A stretch of 64,000 nt of DNA, from the NCBI GenBank assembly GCA_964567785.1, contig CAZMOK010000003.1:23437-87436 (forward strand), written 5' to 3'. Under the pieces are notes generated by a model. That model ran no database searches, was not told the origin of the DNA, and was given only the letters and a program-made list of their open reading frames with translations. How positions within the stretch are numbered: position 1 is the stretch's first letter; each line of letters begins with the position of its first letter. The translations under genes and the position numbers were made by a program. The DNA comes from an uncultured Bacteroidales bacterium. GTDB taxonomy: Bacteria > Bacteroidota > Bacteroidia > Bacteroidales > JAGOPY01. Of this stretch, positions 28,093 through 40,243 are shown piece after piece.

Positions 28093-29171
28093 TTATAGAC
28101 ATTCAATTCATCGAGTGCTTTCTGGTATGCCCGGGCATTTCGGTTGTGTTCCCTTGAGGTTTTGGCAAATGCATGGTATCCCGACAGGTCGGCGCTGGCG
28201 CAGAAGAACATGTAGTTATGGTCTTCGTAATTAAGAACGGCATCTATGGATGATATGGAAGGTATGCATATGGGCCCGGGAGGGAGACCCCTCACCTTAT
28301 AGGTGTTGTAGGGTGATTCAATCGTTTTATGCCTGTTAAGCACTCTTTTTATGCTGTAATCCTGCCAGGCATAGATCAGTGTAGGGTCGGCCTGGAGCCT
28401 CCATCCGGCTCTGAGCCTGTTCACGTAGACTCCTGCGATGGTGGGCTTTTCATCGTTCTTGTTGGTTTCTTTTTCAACAATGGATGCCAGGGTGGTCACT
28501 TCAATCGGGCTCATTTCAAGTTCCTTAGCTTTTGCCTTCCGTTCTTCATCCCAGAATGAATTATATTCACTGTCCATTCTTTCCATGAACTGGCGGGCAT
28601 CAGTTGTCCACCAGAATTCATAAGTGTTAGGAATGAACATCGACATTATGCTGGTGTCGGAAAAACCATATGCCCTTATGAGTTCGTCGTCATTAAGCAA
28701 TGCAGATATGTCCGAAGAATCAGCCTCTATCTGCGACCCTGCGACAGACGCCAGGTCTTCTATGCTCCTCAGGCTGTTAAAAATAACGTTTACAGGTGTC
28801 TGGTTGCCCGATCTGAGAAGATTGATCAGCTCATCATTGTTCATCTCGCTGGTAATGATATAATGGCCCGGTTTGACGTATTCATCATATTTTTTCTTTG
28901 AAGCCAGCCATTCAAAGGTTTTACGGTTGATCACCGTGCCATTCCCGTAAAGAATGCGTTTCACGTCCGTAAAATCAGAGCCCGTGGGAATGTAAACGGA
29001 GATGTAATCCTTTTCTCCGGTCCAGACATTCGGCTTAAAGATGGCCCTGTAAAGCAGGTAGCCTGTCACAATAGCTGCAAGGATCAGCAGGGCCAGTGTC
29101 CACATAATGAACCTGTGAAAAAAAGGACGCTTGCTTTTGCGCGGTCTGCTGTATTTTGGATGTACTGTCAT
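28089..29171 (-). CDS. mltG: endolytic murein transglycosylase MltG (YceG-like)
   Basis: It has a single N-terminal TM helix plus ASIVEKET, VYVNRL and LQADPTLIYA. Confidence 0.88.
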   Translation of the reverse strand: MTVHPKYSRPRKSKRPFFHRFIMWTLALLILAAIVTGYLLYRAIFKPNVWTGEKDYISVYIPTGSDFTDVKRILYGNGTVINRKTFEWLASKKKYDEYVKPGHYIITSEMNNDELINLLRSGNQTPVNVIFNSLRSIEDLASVAGSQIEADSSDISALLNDDELIRAYGFSDTSIMSMFIPNTYEFWWTTDARQFMERMDSEYNSFWDEERKAKAKELEMSPIEVTTLASIVEKETNKNDEKPTIAGVYVNRLRAGWRLQADPTLIYAWQDYSIKRVLNRHKTIESPYNTYKVRGLPPGPICIPSISSIDAVLNYEDHNYMFFCASADLSGYHAFAKTSREHNRNARAYQKALDELNVYK

Positions 29172-29725
29172 TAATGTTTTGCAGGTTTTTGGTTTTTCAA
29201 TAACTGGAGGAAATATTCATCTTCCCATCCTGAAGGGGTAAGGTTCCACTCTTTTTTAGTGGCGGTGATTTCAAAGTTTTTCTTCCTGAAAAGCTGGAGG
29301 CTGTCTTTGTTGTTCACCCCTATATTGCAATAGATCTGGTGGAGCTTGAGTGTCTTGAAACCGTAGTCAATCATCAGCTCCAGGGCTTCCGATGCATATC
29401 CTTTGCCCCTGTAGTCGACATGGATAAGTATGCCAATGCCAGCCCTGCGGTGACCCGGGTCAAAATCGAACAGGTCAACGCTGCCTATTGTCTCTCTCTC
29501 CGCTCCGCCATTTGCAATGTCGATCATCAGCCTGAGCTGCTTGATAGTGTATATGTCCTGGTGGGCATTCATCACATATTGTTCAAGCGTGAATTTTGAG
29601 AAGGGTGTAAGGGTATTGCTGAGATGCCAGAGGGAGGTGTCGTTCTCCCACTGGTAAAGAAGTTCTGCATCGGCCAGTTCAAGGGCCCTGAGCAATATTT
29701 TATTCCCTTGCAGCATAAAAGTCAC
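29171..29725 (-). CDS. GNAT family N-acetyltransferase (RimJ/RimL-like)
   Basis: LRALELADAELLYQWEND is present, with the acetyl-CoA loop RRAGIGILIHVDYRGKGYASEAL. Confidence 0.8.
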   Translation of the reverse strand: MTFMLQGNKILLRALELADAELLYQWENDTSLWHLSNTLTPFSKFTLEQYVMNAHQDIYTIKQLRLMIDIANGGAERETIGSVDLFDFDPGHRRAGIGILIHVDYRGKGYASEALELMIDYGFKTLKLHQIYCNIGVNNKDSLQLFRKKNFEITATKKEWNLTPSGWEDEYFLQLLKNQKPAKH

Positions 29726-30519
29726 TTCAAATTAATACTACCTTTAAAACTTAATGAAGCCGGACCTGTAAGCCTGATATCAGTAAACCTGTCGTTTTTC
29801 CTGATGAATTTCACTCCCAGGCGGCCACCCTTGCTTTCAACGGGTACTTCCTGTACCTGATCCGTTTCATTTGTTGCAAAAACAAGCGCTGAAGCAGTTA
29901 CGCCGGTGCCGCATGAAAGGGTTTCATTTTCCACGCCTTTTTCGTAAGTACGGAGCTTCAGCCCCGGGCCCTTCATGTCAACAAAATTAACATTAATACC
30001 TTCAGGTAAATACTTTTTTGAATACCGCAGGGGTGGTGCCCTGTTCACAATATCAACGCTGTCTATGTCGTCAGTCATTATCACCAGGTGCGGTGCGCCG
30101 GTGTTTATGAAAAGGCCCTCCTCATGCTTGCTCATGTTGCGAAAATATACATCCTGTAAACTTATTTCCACGTTATATTTTTCGCTGCTTCTATCCAGCA
30201 CTTTTCCACAATGATCCCCGTCAATAGCCACAAACCTGTAATCGCCGTTTCCTTCTGACATTCTGTCATAAAACATCACCGCACACCTTCCGCCGTTACC
30301 GCAGAAAGATCCCTCCGTTCCGTCAGGGTTCAGGAATGTCATCCTGAAATCAGTGCCTGGATGGTCGGAAATGATTATGAGCCCATCGGCACCAATTCCG
30401 TAATGCCTGTCGCACAACCTCTTAGCTAGAGATGACAGGTTTCCCGGAATTTGCGGGTTCTCTTTAATGATAATGAAATCATTACCTGTTGCCTGGTATT
30501 TAAAGAATTCCTGTTCCAT
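29722..30519 (-). CDS. dapF: diaminopimelate epimerase
   Basis: GNDFIII is present, with the two catalytic Cys contexts FCGNGGRC and SCGTG. Confidence 0.92.
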   Translation of the reverse strand: MEQEFFKYQATGNDFIIIKENPQIPGNLSSLAKRLCDRHYGIGADGLIIISDHPGTDFRMTFLNPDGTEGSFCGNGGRCAVMFYDRMSEGNGDYRFVAIDGDHCGKVLDRSSEKYNVEISLQDVYFRNMSKHEEGLFINTGAPHLVIMTDDIDSVDIVNRAPPLRYSKKYLPEGINVNFVDMKGPGLKLRTYEKGVENETLSCGTGVTASALVFATNETDQVQEVPVESKGGRLGVKFIRKNDRFTDIRLTGPASLSFKGSINLK

Positions 30520-30779
30520 ACTATCATTCAGGGATTCACAAATTTAGGAAAATCAGGAAAGCAATGATTTTGCCCTGAAAAATTATTATTGCAGGCAAAA
30601 ATCCTATGTTTTATTTTGAAAACCGGTTTAAAGTGTTTAAATTGCATCACTCCATTAGCTGCCAGGCTTATAACCTTTTGTTTTAACGTTTTTTAACAGC
30701 AAGCAGGCATAAACTTTGATCTACCAAAACGTTAGTTGACAAAGAACATAATCGAACCAAATATTGTTAAAACACTGTT

Positions 30780-32228
30780 ATGAAAAGAACAACAAATATT
30801 TTACTTATCGCGATTCTTATAGTGCTTGTTTTCGTAGGATTTACGCAAACAGATTTTAATAAAGACAACAAGGCAAGAAGGACGGTGCAGACTGAATCTG
30901 ATGTGCTGCCTGCACGGTATAATGCTCCTGTGCCATTTGAAGGGCCTGATTTCACAACCGCAGCCGAAAAAACGGTCAATGCCGTTGTGCATATCAGAAG
31001 CGAATTCCAGAGAAGGAGCTATTATCATGATTTTTTTGAGCCTTTCAGAGAGTTTTTCGGCGACAGGTACGGTAACCAGGAAAGGACCTACTCAGGTTAT
31101 GGATCCGGAGTCATTATTTCTGACGACGGATATGTTGTAACGAACAATCACGTAGTTGAAGGGGCCAATTTCATAGAGGTGACTTTAAACGATAAAAGGC
31201 GGTTTGAAGCGGAGGTAATTGGAAGGGACCCACAGACCGACCTTGCATTGCTTAAGATCGAGGAATGGGGTCTTCCCTTCATTATTTACGGTAATTCAGA
31301 TAACGTTCAGATAGGGGAGTGGGTGCTGGCAGTAGGAAATCCCTTTAACCTCACATCTACGGTAACAGCCGGTATTGTCAGTGCAAAAGCAAGGAACATC
31401 AATATCCTTGGTATCCCGGGGGCTATTGAATCGTTCATCCAGACCGATGCTGCAGTGAACCGTGGAAACAGCGGCGGGGCCCTGGTGAATACCGAAGGAG
31501 AGCTTATTGGCATAAACGCTGCCATAGCTTCAAATACAGGTGCTTATACCGGCTATTCTTTTGCTATTCCTGTAAATATTGTCAAGAAAGTGGTGGACGA
31601 CCTGATGAATTACGGTCAGGTTCAGCGTGCGTTCATCGGTGTGATCATCCGGGAAATGAATGCCGAACTCGCTGATGATAAAGGATTTGATGAGATTCAG
31701 GGTGTATATGTCGAAGCTCTTTCTGAAGGCGGAGGAGCTGAAGAAGCAGGTATAGAGGAAGGCGACCTGATCTTATCAGTGGATGATATCAGCGTGAATA
31801 CTACGGCACAGCTCCTTGAGATCGTAGGCCAGCATTCACCCGGTGACATTGTGAACGTGGCAGTTTTACGCGGCGACCGCGTTGTTGATTACAAGGTAGA
31901 GCTGAAGAATGACAGAGGAGAAACGACCCTGGCAAAGGCTGAAAAGGATTATTACAGCTCAAACCTTGGCGCAACTTTCGAAACGGTGAGCAAGGAAGAA
32001 ATGGAAGACCTTGGAATAACAAATGGCCTGAAGGTGAGCGAACTTGAAGAAGGATTGCTCCTCAACGGCGGTGTGAAGGAAGGTTTTATAATCCTCGAAA
32101 TCAACAATGTCAAGATCCGCGACAGGAATGACATAAATTATGCAATGAACAACACAAAAGGCGGTGTAATCAGAATAGAAGGTGTCTATCCTAACGGAAT
32201 GAGAATGAACTATGGCTTCATCCTCTAA
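30780..32228 (+). CDS. HtrA/DegP/DegQ family periplasmic serine endoprotease
   Basis: The catalytic triad contexts are TNNHVV, DLALLKI and GNSGGAL. Two PDZ-like C-terminal domains follow. Confidence 0.9.
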   Translation: MKRTTNILLIAILIVLVFVGFTQTDFNKDNKARRTVQTESDVLPARYNAPVPFEGPDFTTAAEKTVNAVVHIRSEFQRRSYYHDFFEPFREFFGDRYGNQERTYSGYGSGVIISDDGYVVTNNHVVEGANFIEVTLNDKRRFEAEVIGRDPQTDLALLKIEEWGLPFIIYGNSDNVQIGEWVLAVGNPFNLTSTVTAGIVSAKARNINILGIPGAIESFIQTDAAVNRGNSGGALVNTEGELIGINAAIASNTGAYTGYSFAIPVNIVKKVVDDLMNYGQVQRAFIGVIIREMNAELADDKGFDEIQGVYVEALSEGGGAEEAGIEEGDLILSVDDISVNTTAQLLEIVGQHSPGDIVNVAVLRGDRVVDYKVELKNDRGETTLAKAEKDYYSSNLGATFETVSKEEMEDLGITNGLKVSELEEGLLLNGGVKEGFIILEINNVKIRDRNDINYAMNNTKGGVIRIEGVYPNGMRMNYGFIL

Positions 32229-32267
32229 AAAAATGTTTAAACCGGTTCTAAATAAGAAAACTTTTTG

Positions 32268-32275
32268 TACCTTTG
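32268..32275 (+). promoter_or_regulatory. candidate -7 promoter element (TAnnTTTG)
   Basis: TACCTTTG lies 88 nt upstream of rpoD. Confidence 0.5.
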
Positions 32276-32363
32276 CACGTTCTATAAACAAGGTGCCAGT
32301 TTCTTATCTATGAATTATATCTGCACCAGATACACCACTTTTTGATTTACAGGGAGTTAATAT

Positions 32364-33230
32364 ATGCGGCAGTTAAAAATAACTAAATCTATTACCAATA
32401 GAGAGACTGCTTCGTTGGATAAGTATCTCCAGGATATTGGTAAGGAGGAGCTTATTACGGCAGAGGAGGAGGTTGAACTTGCCAGGAAGATCAAAACAGG
32501 GGACCAGAGTGCTCTTGAAAAGCTGATCAGGGCTAATCTCAGGTTCGTTGTATCAGTTGCCAAGCAATATCAAAACCAGGGTTTGAGCCTTCCCGACCTT
32601 ATCAACGAAGGAAACCTCGGTTTGATCAAGGCTGCGCAGCGGTTTGATGAAACCAGGGGATTCAAGTTTATTTCTTACGCAGTGTGGTGGATACGGCAGT
32701 CGATCCTTCAGGCCCTGGCCGAGCAGTCAAGGCTGGTGAGGTTGCCCTTGAACCAGGTAGGCTCACTCAACAAAATTAAAAAGGCCACATCGAAACTTGA
32801 GCAGGACTATGAGCGCGCTCCTTCGGTCGATGAGATCGCAGAGCAGCTTGAGATCCCCAAGCACAAGATCGACAAGGCCATGAAGATCACCACGAGGTAT
32901 ATCTCTATGGATGCACCTCTTTCGCAGGAAGATGACTTGAAATTCCTTGATGTTTATATTTCTGATGATTCACCCCGCACGGATTCCCAGCTTATGAGGG
33001 AGTCTCTTGCCAGGGAGATACAACGGTCACTTTCAACCCTTACCGAGAAGGAAAGGGATGTGATCAATCTCTATTATGGTATTGGAATGAATCACGGGCT
33101 TACGCTAGAAGAAATTGGGGCAAAATTCAACCTTACCCGCGAAAGAGTAAGGCAGATAAAGGAAAAGGCCATCCGGCGGTTAAAACATACCTCAAGGAGC
33201 AGGCTTTTAAAGGCTTACCTGGGAGAATAA
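32364..33230 (+). CDS. rpoD: RNA polymerase primary sigma factor (Bacteroidota sigma-A)
   Basis: Region 2 is [29 protein letters not shown] and region 4 is [28 protein letters not shown]. The short 288-aa form is typical of the phylum. Confidence 0.93.
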   Translation: MRQLKITKSITNRETASLDKYLQDIGKEELITAEEEVELARKIKTGDQSALEKLIRANLRFVVSVAKQYQNQGLSLPDLINEGNLGLIKAAQRFDETRGFKFISYAVWWIRQSILQALAEQSRLVRLPLNQVGSLNKIKKATSKLEQDYERAPSVDEIAEQLEIPKHKIDKAMKITTRYISMDAPLSQEDDLKFLDVYISDDSPRTDSQLMRESLAREIQRSLSTLTEKERDVINLYYGIGMNHGLTLEEIGAKFNLTRERVRQIKEKAIRRLKHTSRSRLLKAYLGE

Positions 33231-33258
33231 AACTAAGACATAATACTGATTAAATGAG

Positions 33259-33292
33259 AGGATTACCGTGGTTAAGGTAATCCTTTTTTTTT
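33259..33292 (+). terminator. intrinsic terminator after rpoD
   Basis: AGGATTACC (33259-33267) pairs with GGTAATCCT (33276-33284) and is followed by a run of 9 T. Confidence 0.7.
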
Positions 33293-33299
33293 AATTTTG
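33292..33299 (+). promoter_or_regulatory. candidate -7 promoter element (TAnnTTTG)
   Basis: TAATTTTG lies 43 nt upstream of the gap ATG. Confidence 0.4.
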
Positions 33300-33342
33300 C
33301 ATCTTTCAGATATTTCCAAAAACCTTTTAAACCTTAGAGCAA

Positions 33343-34827
33343 ATGGCCGGTAATAATTCATCAAGCGATCATTATTCAAAAGAATTTGCCTCTTCACTGG
33401 GAAACTGGATAACCGACGAAAAAGCAGGTTTTGAGTTCATCAGTGCACTGGGGCACCTTTACTATGACAAATCAATAGAGCTGATCCTGTTCAAGAGCCA
33501 GCTCATCGACAGGTCTGCGAGTGTTATACTCTACAAACACGCCTATTCGGTACATACTGTTGGAGTTTCCCTCAGGATCCAGGATTCGGTCTTACTCGCC
33601 AGAACAATGCTTGAGATGGACCTTCCGCCTGCAAGGATCGATATTGGCAGGCTTAATCACGAATGGACGATCGAGAAGGAAAAATTCAGAAATGATGCCA
33701 GGGCATTCCTTGAGGACAAGCTGAAGGATATTATAGGAAATAAGGTTAAGTATGACAATCCGGTGGATGTTGTAGTTTATGGTTTTGGCCGTATCGGCAG
33801 GCTGATTGTCAGGGAATTGATAATCCAGGGCAACGGCACACAGCTTAACGTAAAGGCGATAGTTACCAGGGGCAACGATCCGGAGCAGATAAGGAAACGT
33901 GCAGCTCTCTTCCGCCACGATTCAATACACGGGCCTTTCAGGGGAATTGCAGTTGAGGATGTTGAAAAGAAAACCCTTACCATAAACGGCTATATAGTGA
34001 AAATGCTGGCTGCCAACGACCCGGAAGAGATAGACTATGAAGCAGAAGGTATCCGCAACGCACTCCTTATAGACACTACCGGGGTATGGAACAAAAGGGA
34101 GGGCCTTGAAAAGCACCTGAAAGCAAAAGGAATAGCAAGAGTGCTTTTAACAGCACCGGCAAAAGGCGATGTGCCGAATATAGTTTACGGCGTGAACCAC
34201 GAAAATGGCTCGGTGGATTACGATGCGGAAAAGATCTATTCAGCCGCTTCCTGCACCACCAATGCAGTGGTCCCCACCCTGTATGTGCTTGAAAATACTA
34301 TTGGCATTGAGAAGGGGCATCTTGAGACTATTCATGCCTATACCAATGATCAGAACCTTACCGATAACTACCACAAGAAACCAAGAAGGGGAAGGTCGGC
34401 ACCCATCAATATGGTGCTAACTTCCACCGGGGCTGCAAATGCAGCTGCAAAGGCAATCCCGTCGCTGAAGGGAAAGTTGACAGCAAACGCGGTGAGGGTC
34501 CCGATCCCCAATGTTTCACTGGCAATAATGAGCCTCACGCTGAAGAAGACCACGACAGTGGAAGAACTTAACGGTATTATGAAGGAAGTAGCCCTCCATG
34601 GAGACCTTGTAGAGCAGATAAGGTACTCTATATCACCGGAATCTGTATCTACAGATTTCATTGGAGATCCGGTTGCGGGCATTTTCGACAGCCCCGCTAC
34701 AGTGGTATCTGCAGATGGCAGGAGCGTGGTCATCTACGTTTGGTATGATAACGAATTTGGCTATACCATCCAGGCGATCAGGCTTGCCAAACAAATAGCC
34801 GGGGTTAAGAGGTTCAGCTATTATTAG
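33343..34827 (+). CDS. glyceraldehyde-3-phosphate dehydrogenase, long form with N-terminal extension
   Basis: The Rossmann motif is VVVYGFGRIGR and the catalytic context is ASCTTNA. The family tail WYDNEFGY is present. An extra N-terminal region of about 150 aa precedes these. Confidence 0.9.
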   Translation: MAGNNSSSDHYSKEFASSLGNWITDEKAGFEFISALGHLYYDKSIELILFKSQLIDRSASVILYKHAYSVHTVGVSLRIQDSVLLARTMLEMDLPPARIDIGRLNHEWTIEKEKFRNDARAFLEDKLKDIIGNKVKYDNPVDVVVYGFGRIGRLIVRELIIQGNGTQLNVKAIVTRGNDPEQIRKRAALFRHDSIHGPFRGIAVEDVEKKTLTINGYIVKMLAANDPEEIDYEAEGIRNALLIDTTGVWNKREGLEKHLKAKGIARVLLTAPAKGDVPNIVYGVNHENGSVDYDAEKIYSAASCTTNAVVPTLYVLENTIGIEKGHLETIHAYTNDQNLTDNYHKKPRRGRSAPINMVLTSTGAANAAAKAIPSLKGKLTANAVRVPIPNVSLAIMSLTLKKTTTVEELNGIMKEVALHGDLVEQIRYSISPESVSTDFIGDPVAGIFDSPATVVSADGRSVVIYVWYDNEFGYTIQAIRLAKQIAGVKRFSYY

Positions 34828-34897
34828 GGAGTTTCGCCCGCGGCAATCTCTGCTGAGATATTACAGTTATTCAGTTGTGCCTGCAGTGATCTTTTAA

Positions 34898-36616
<1,719 letters not shown>

Positions 36617-36710
36617 ATTCATCACCCCTTATTTTAGCCACTCCACTGAGGTCAGTTCATTCAATTGAGTTATCTTTGCCAATCTGTAAGAAAGGTATAT
36701 CACTTAGCTA

Positions 36711-38663
36711 ATGGACAGAAATACGATAATAGGGCTGGTGCTGATAGCCGCGATATTTGTCGGCTACTTCGTCTGGATGACCCCTTCGCAGGAAGAGCTG
36801 CTGGAAAAACGAAGAATTCAGGATTCCATAGCCGAAGTTCAGCGAATAAAAGATTCCATCAGGATCGTCGAGGAACTTAAAAGAGAGGAGCAAATAAAGC
36901 AGCAACAGCAGATTGAAGAGGAGCAGGCAACTGTTGCCGCCGCTGAAGAAACAGAGCAGGATGCGGAAGCCCTGCGGGAAAAGTACGGTGTCTTTTCTGA
37001 TGCTGCAGCCGGCGGCGAAGAGGTTTATATGGTCGAGACCGATATCTACAGGATCGGAGTTAGCACCAGGGGAGGTAAAATCGTTTATGTAGAGCTCAAG
37101 AATTACAAAACCTGGGATTCCCTGCCACTTATACTTATCGACAGCGACACGACAGTGTTTGGTTTTACCTTTCTTGCCGGAACACGGAGCTTCAACACAA
37201 ACAATTTCTATTTTGAGCCCATGATCAACGGCGGGTCGCCAGGCAGAAAGGAGGTGAAGATCTCCGGCGACCAGGGCCTCGACCTCGGAATGAGGATCTA
37301 TACTACTGATGACCAGGGGAACAGGAACACAAACAGGTATATCGAGTATCTCTATTCTTTTACCGGAGATAAATACATGCTGGATTACGCAGTGAATTTC
37401 GTCGGCATGCAGGGCGTTATCGACGACCTCCGGGGATCCATCGATCTTGAATGGTCGGCCAACCTGAGGCAACAGGAGAAAAGTATTGACCGCTTCAATG
37501 GTTCAACCGTTTACTATAAGATCTATGAAGACAAGGTCGATTATCTGTCTGAAAGGAAAGACGATGAAGAACAACTGCGCGACAGGATCAAATGGGTGTC
37601 GTTCAAACAGCATTTCTTCTCCTCAACGCTCATATCGGAGTCTTTCTTTGAAGACCCCATATTTAGGACGGTTACGGTTGAAAACCCACCCAGCGACAGG
37701 TACCTGAAAAGTACCTATATGAAGGTAGCTGTTCCCTTCCAGGCGCGGGACCGGTACACCATGAACATGGATTTCTATTTTGGCCCTAATAAATACAACG
37801 TACTCAGAAATTATAAGCTCGACCTGGAAAGGCAGTTGCCCCTGGGCTGGAGCTTTTTCCTGATCCAGTGGATCAACAGGTATGCCGTGATCCCCGTGTT
37901 CAATTTCCTGGGTAGCTTCGGGTGGAATTACGGAATTGTGATCCTTGTGCTTACCATAATGCTCAAGATCGTTCTGTTTCCGATTACATACAAGACCTAT
38001 ATGTCGTCGGCCAGGATGCGGGTGCTTAAACCCGAAATCGACGAGTTGAACAAGAAGTTCCCAAAGAAGGAAGATTCGATGAAGAAACAACAGGCAACGA
38101 TGAGCCTGTACAAGAGGGCAGGGGTGAACCCGATGTCGGGTTGCTTCCCGGTGCTGCTGCAGTTGCCGATCCTTATAGCGATGTTCCGTTTCTTCCCGGC
38201 ATCCATCGAACTTAGGCAGGAATCTTTCCTGTGGGCAACTGACCTGTCAACCTACGATTCGATATTGAGTTTACCGTTTACAATACCTTTTTACGGTGAT
38301 CACGTGAGCCTCTTTACCTTGTTGATGACCGTTTCGACCCTCATCTATACCTACATGAACAACCAGATGATGGCCACAGGCGCCCAACAGATGCCGGGTA
38401 TGAAAACAATGATGTACATCATGCCTGTCATGTTCCTGGGTATTTTCAACAGCTATGCTTCCGGGCTGAGCTACTACTATTTCCTTGTCAACATCATCAC
38501 TTTTGCACAGATGTTCATTTTCAGAAGAGTGGTTGATGAAGATAAGATCTACAGGAAGATACAGGAGAACAAGAAAAAACCGGTTAAGAAATCCTCTTTC
38601 CAGAAACGGCTGGAAGATGCTGCCAAGAAGAGAGGATACAACCCTAACCAGCTCAAGAGATAA
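36711..38663 (+). CDS. yidC: membrane protein insertase YidC (long form)
   Basis: An N-terminal TM helix and a large periplasmic domain precede the conserved core MSGCFPVLLQLPILIAMF and the basic C-terminal tail. Confidence 0.92.
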   Translation: MDRNTIIGLVLIAAIFVGYFVWMTPSQEELLEKRRIQDSIAEVQRIKDSIRIVEELKREEQIKQQQQIEEEQATVAAAEETEQDAEALREKYGVFSDAAAGGEEVYMVETDIYRIGVSTRGGKIVYVELKNYKTWDSLPLILIDSDTTVFGFTFLAGTRSFNTNNFYFEPMINGGSPGRKEVKISGDQGLDLGMRIYTTDDQGNRNTNRYIEYLYSFTGDKYMLDYAVNFVGMQGVIDDLRGSIDLEWSANLRQQEKSIDRFNGSTVYYKIYEDKVDYLSERKDDEEQLRDRIKWVSFKQHFFSSTLISESFFEDPIFRTVTVENPPSDRYLKSTYMKVAVPFQARDRYTMNMDFYFGPNKYNVLRNYKLDLERQLPLGWSFFLIQWINRYAVIPVFNFLGSFGWNYGIVILVLTIMLKIVLFPITYKTYMSSARMRVLKPEIDELNKKFPKKEDSMKKQQATMSLYKRAGVNPMSGCFPVLLQLPILIAMFRFFPASIELRQESFLWATDLSTYDSILSLPFTIPFYGDHVSLFTLLMTVSTLIYTYMNNQMMATGAQQMPGMKTMMYIMPVMFLGIFNSYASGLSYYYFLVNIITFAQMFIFRRVVDEDKIYRKIQENKKKPVKKSSFQKRLEDAAKKRGYNPNQLKR

Positions 38664-38674
38664 TCGCCTGTCTT

Positions 38675-39670
38675 TTGAATAAATTCCTCGTCATACAAAC
38701 CGCCTCCATTGGGGATGTGATCCTGGCAACGCCGGTACTCGAGAAGATCAGGGCCTTCTACCCGGGGGCAACCGTCGATATACTTATCAAAAAAGGAAAT
38801 GAACCTCTCTTCGAAAGTCATCCCTTTGTCAATGAGGTTATCGTTTGGGACAAATCAAAACATAAGTATAAAAACCTGCTGAAACTCTTCTCGAAGGTAA
38901 GAAGCTTAAGATACGATTGCATAGTAAACCTTCAGCGTTTCGGTTCAACAGGCCTGATTACCGGGTTATCAGGGGCAAAACACAGGATAGGTTTTGACAA
39001 GAATCCTTTTTCTTTTCTCTTCACCCTAAAGAAAAAGCATATTATTAACCGGGAGTCTGCTATTCACGAAACGCAAAGGAACCTGGAGCTTATTAGTGAT
39101 ATAGCGGGCCGGGGAAATTACCCGGTGAAGCTGTATCCGGGGAAAGATCACTTTGACAAAGTAAACGGATATAAAAATGAAAATTACATATGCATAGCAC
39201 CTGCGTCCATATGGTTCACAAAGCAGTTCCCCGAAGAAAAGTGGGGTGAGTTTTTAAGTAGAATCGATCTAAATCTTACGGTCCTGCTTATGGGTTCAAA
39301 AAATGATTTCGAACTTTGTGAAAGACTAAGGGAAAGTTGCGATCACGATAATACAAAGAATCTGGCCGGTAAGCTTTCATTGCTTGAAACTGCGGCACTG
39401 ATGAAGGATGCGAAAATGAATTACGTGAATGACTCAGCTCCCCAGCACCTTGCCTCGGCAGTGAATGCACCGGTTACGACTGTGTTTTGCTCAACGGTGC
39501 CTGAATTTGGTTTCGGCCCGTTGTCGGATGATTCGGCCGTTGTACAAACTGATAAGAAACTAGACTGCAGGCCCTGTGGGTTGCATGGCTTCAGAAAATG
39601 CCCGGAAGGCCATTTTGATTGCGCCAATACTATAGATATACGTCAATTGACTAAGAGGATACCCGGATGA
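38675..39670 (+). CDS. glycosyltransferase family 9 (heptosyltransferase-like)
   Basis: IGDVILATPVLEKIR and DSAPQHLASA motifs are present. It uses a TTG start. Confidence 0.8.
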   Translation: MNKFLVIQTASIGDVILATPVLEKIRAFYPGATVDILIKKGNEPLFESHPFVNEVIVWDKSKHKYKNLLKLFSKVRSLRYDCIVNLQRFGSTGLITGLSGAKHRIGFDKNPFSFLFTLKKKHIINRESAIHETQRNLELISDIAGRGNYPVKLYPGKDHFDKVNGYKNENYICIAPASIWFTKQFPEEKWGEFLSRIDLNLTVLLMGSKNDFELCERLRESCDHDNTKNLAGKLSLLETAALMKDAKMNYVNDSAPQHLASAVNAPVTTVFCSTVPEFGFGPLSDDSAVVQTDKKLDCRPCGLHGFRKCPEGHFDCANTIDIRQLTKRIPG

Positions 39671-40230
39671 AAAAGGAAGTTGATCTGGCAGTAGAACACT
39701 TGAAGAAAGGAAATGTAATACTTTATCCCACGGATACGATATGGGGTATAGGCTGTGATGCTACCAACGAAGCTGCCGTGGAAAAAATCTACCGCATAAA
39801 AAAGAGGATGGAGAGCAAAAGCCTTATCGTATTGCTGGCCGATCCTGAGCAGTTGAACAGCTATGTGAAAAAGGTTCCCGTTATTGCTTATGACCTGATC
39901 AGCAGTATTTCCAAACCTACAACAATAATCTACCCCAATGCGGTTAACCTTGCAGGGAATGTCGTTGCCAGCGATAATACAATAGCCATCAGAATCACCC
40001 GATATGAATTCTGCAGACAATTGGTGAAGAGTTTTGGGAAGCCTGTGGTCTCCACATCGGCAAATGTAAGCGGCGACCCCACTCCCCTTGCGTTCAGCAA
40101 GATCTCGGATGAAGTGCTCAGAAGCGTTGATCATGTGGTTGATTACCATCGTAATGTTGTTCATGAAACAAAACCATCTACCATAATCAAGATCGATGAA
40201 AGGGGTAATTTTAATATTATCAGGGAATAA
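39667..40230 (+). CDS. tsaC: L-threonylcarbamoyladenylate synthase (TsaC/YrdC family)
   Basis: YPTDTIWGIGCDATNEAAVEKIYRIKKR and STSANVSG are present. Confidence 0.85.
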   Translation: MKKEVDLAVEHLKKGNVILYPTDTIWGIGCDATNEAAVEKIYRIKKRMESKSLIVLLADPEQLNSYVKKVPVIAYDLISSISKPTTIIYPNAVNLAGNVVASDNTIAIRITRYEFCRQLVKSFGKPVVSTSANVSGDPTPLAFSKISDEVLRSVDHVVDYHRNVVHETKPSTIIKIDERGNFNIIRE

Positions 40231-40243
40231 TAACTGATCTGTC

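Noticed and set aside
36708-37472. 254-aa minus-strand ORF antisense to yidC. Similar long antisense ORFs lie at 41343-41915 and 41916-42608 (antisense to E1), 35975-36538 (pyrG), 22079-22630 (glmM), 39643-40254 (tsaC), 45625-46179 (mrpC/D) and 16487-16987 (PTPS/folE).
   Set aside because: Each lies entirely inside a strongly supported gene on the other strand. They have low-complexity or odd composition with no recognisable motifs. They are typical shadow ORFs.
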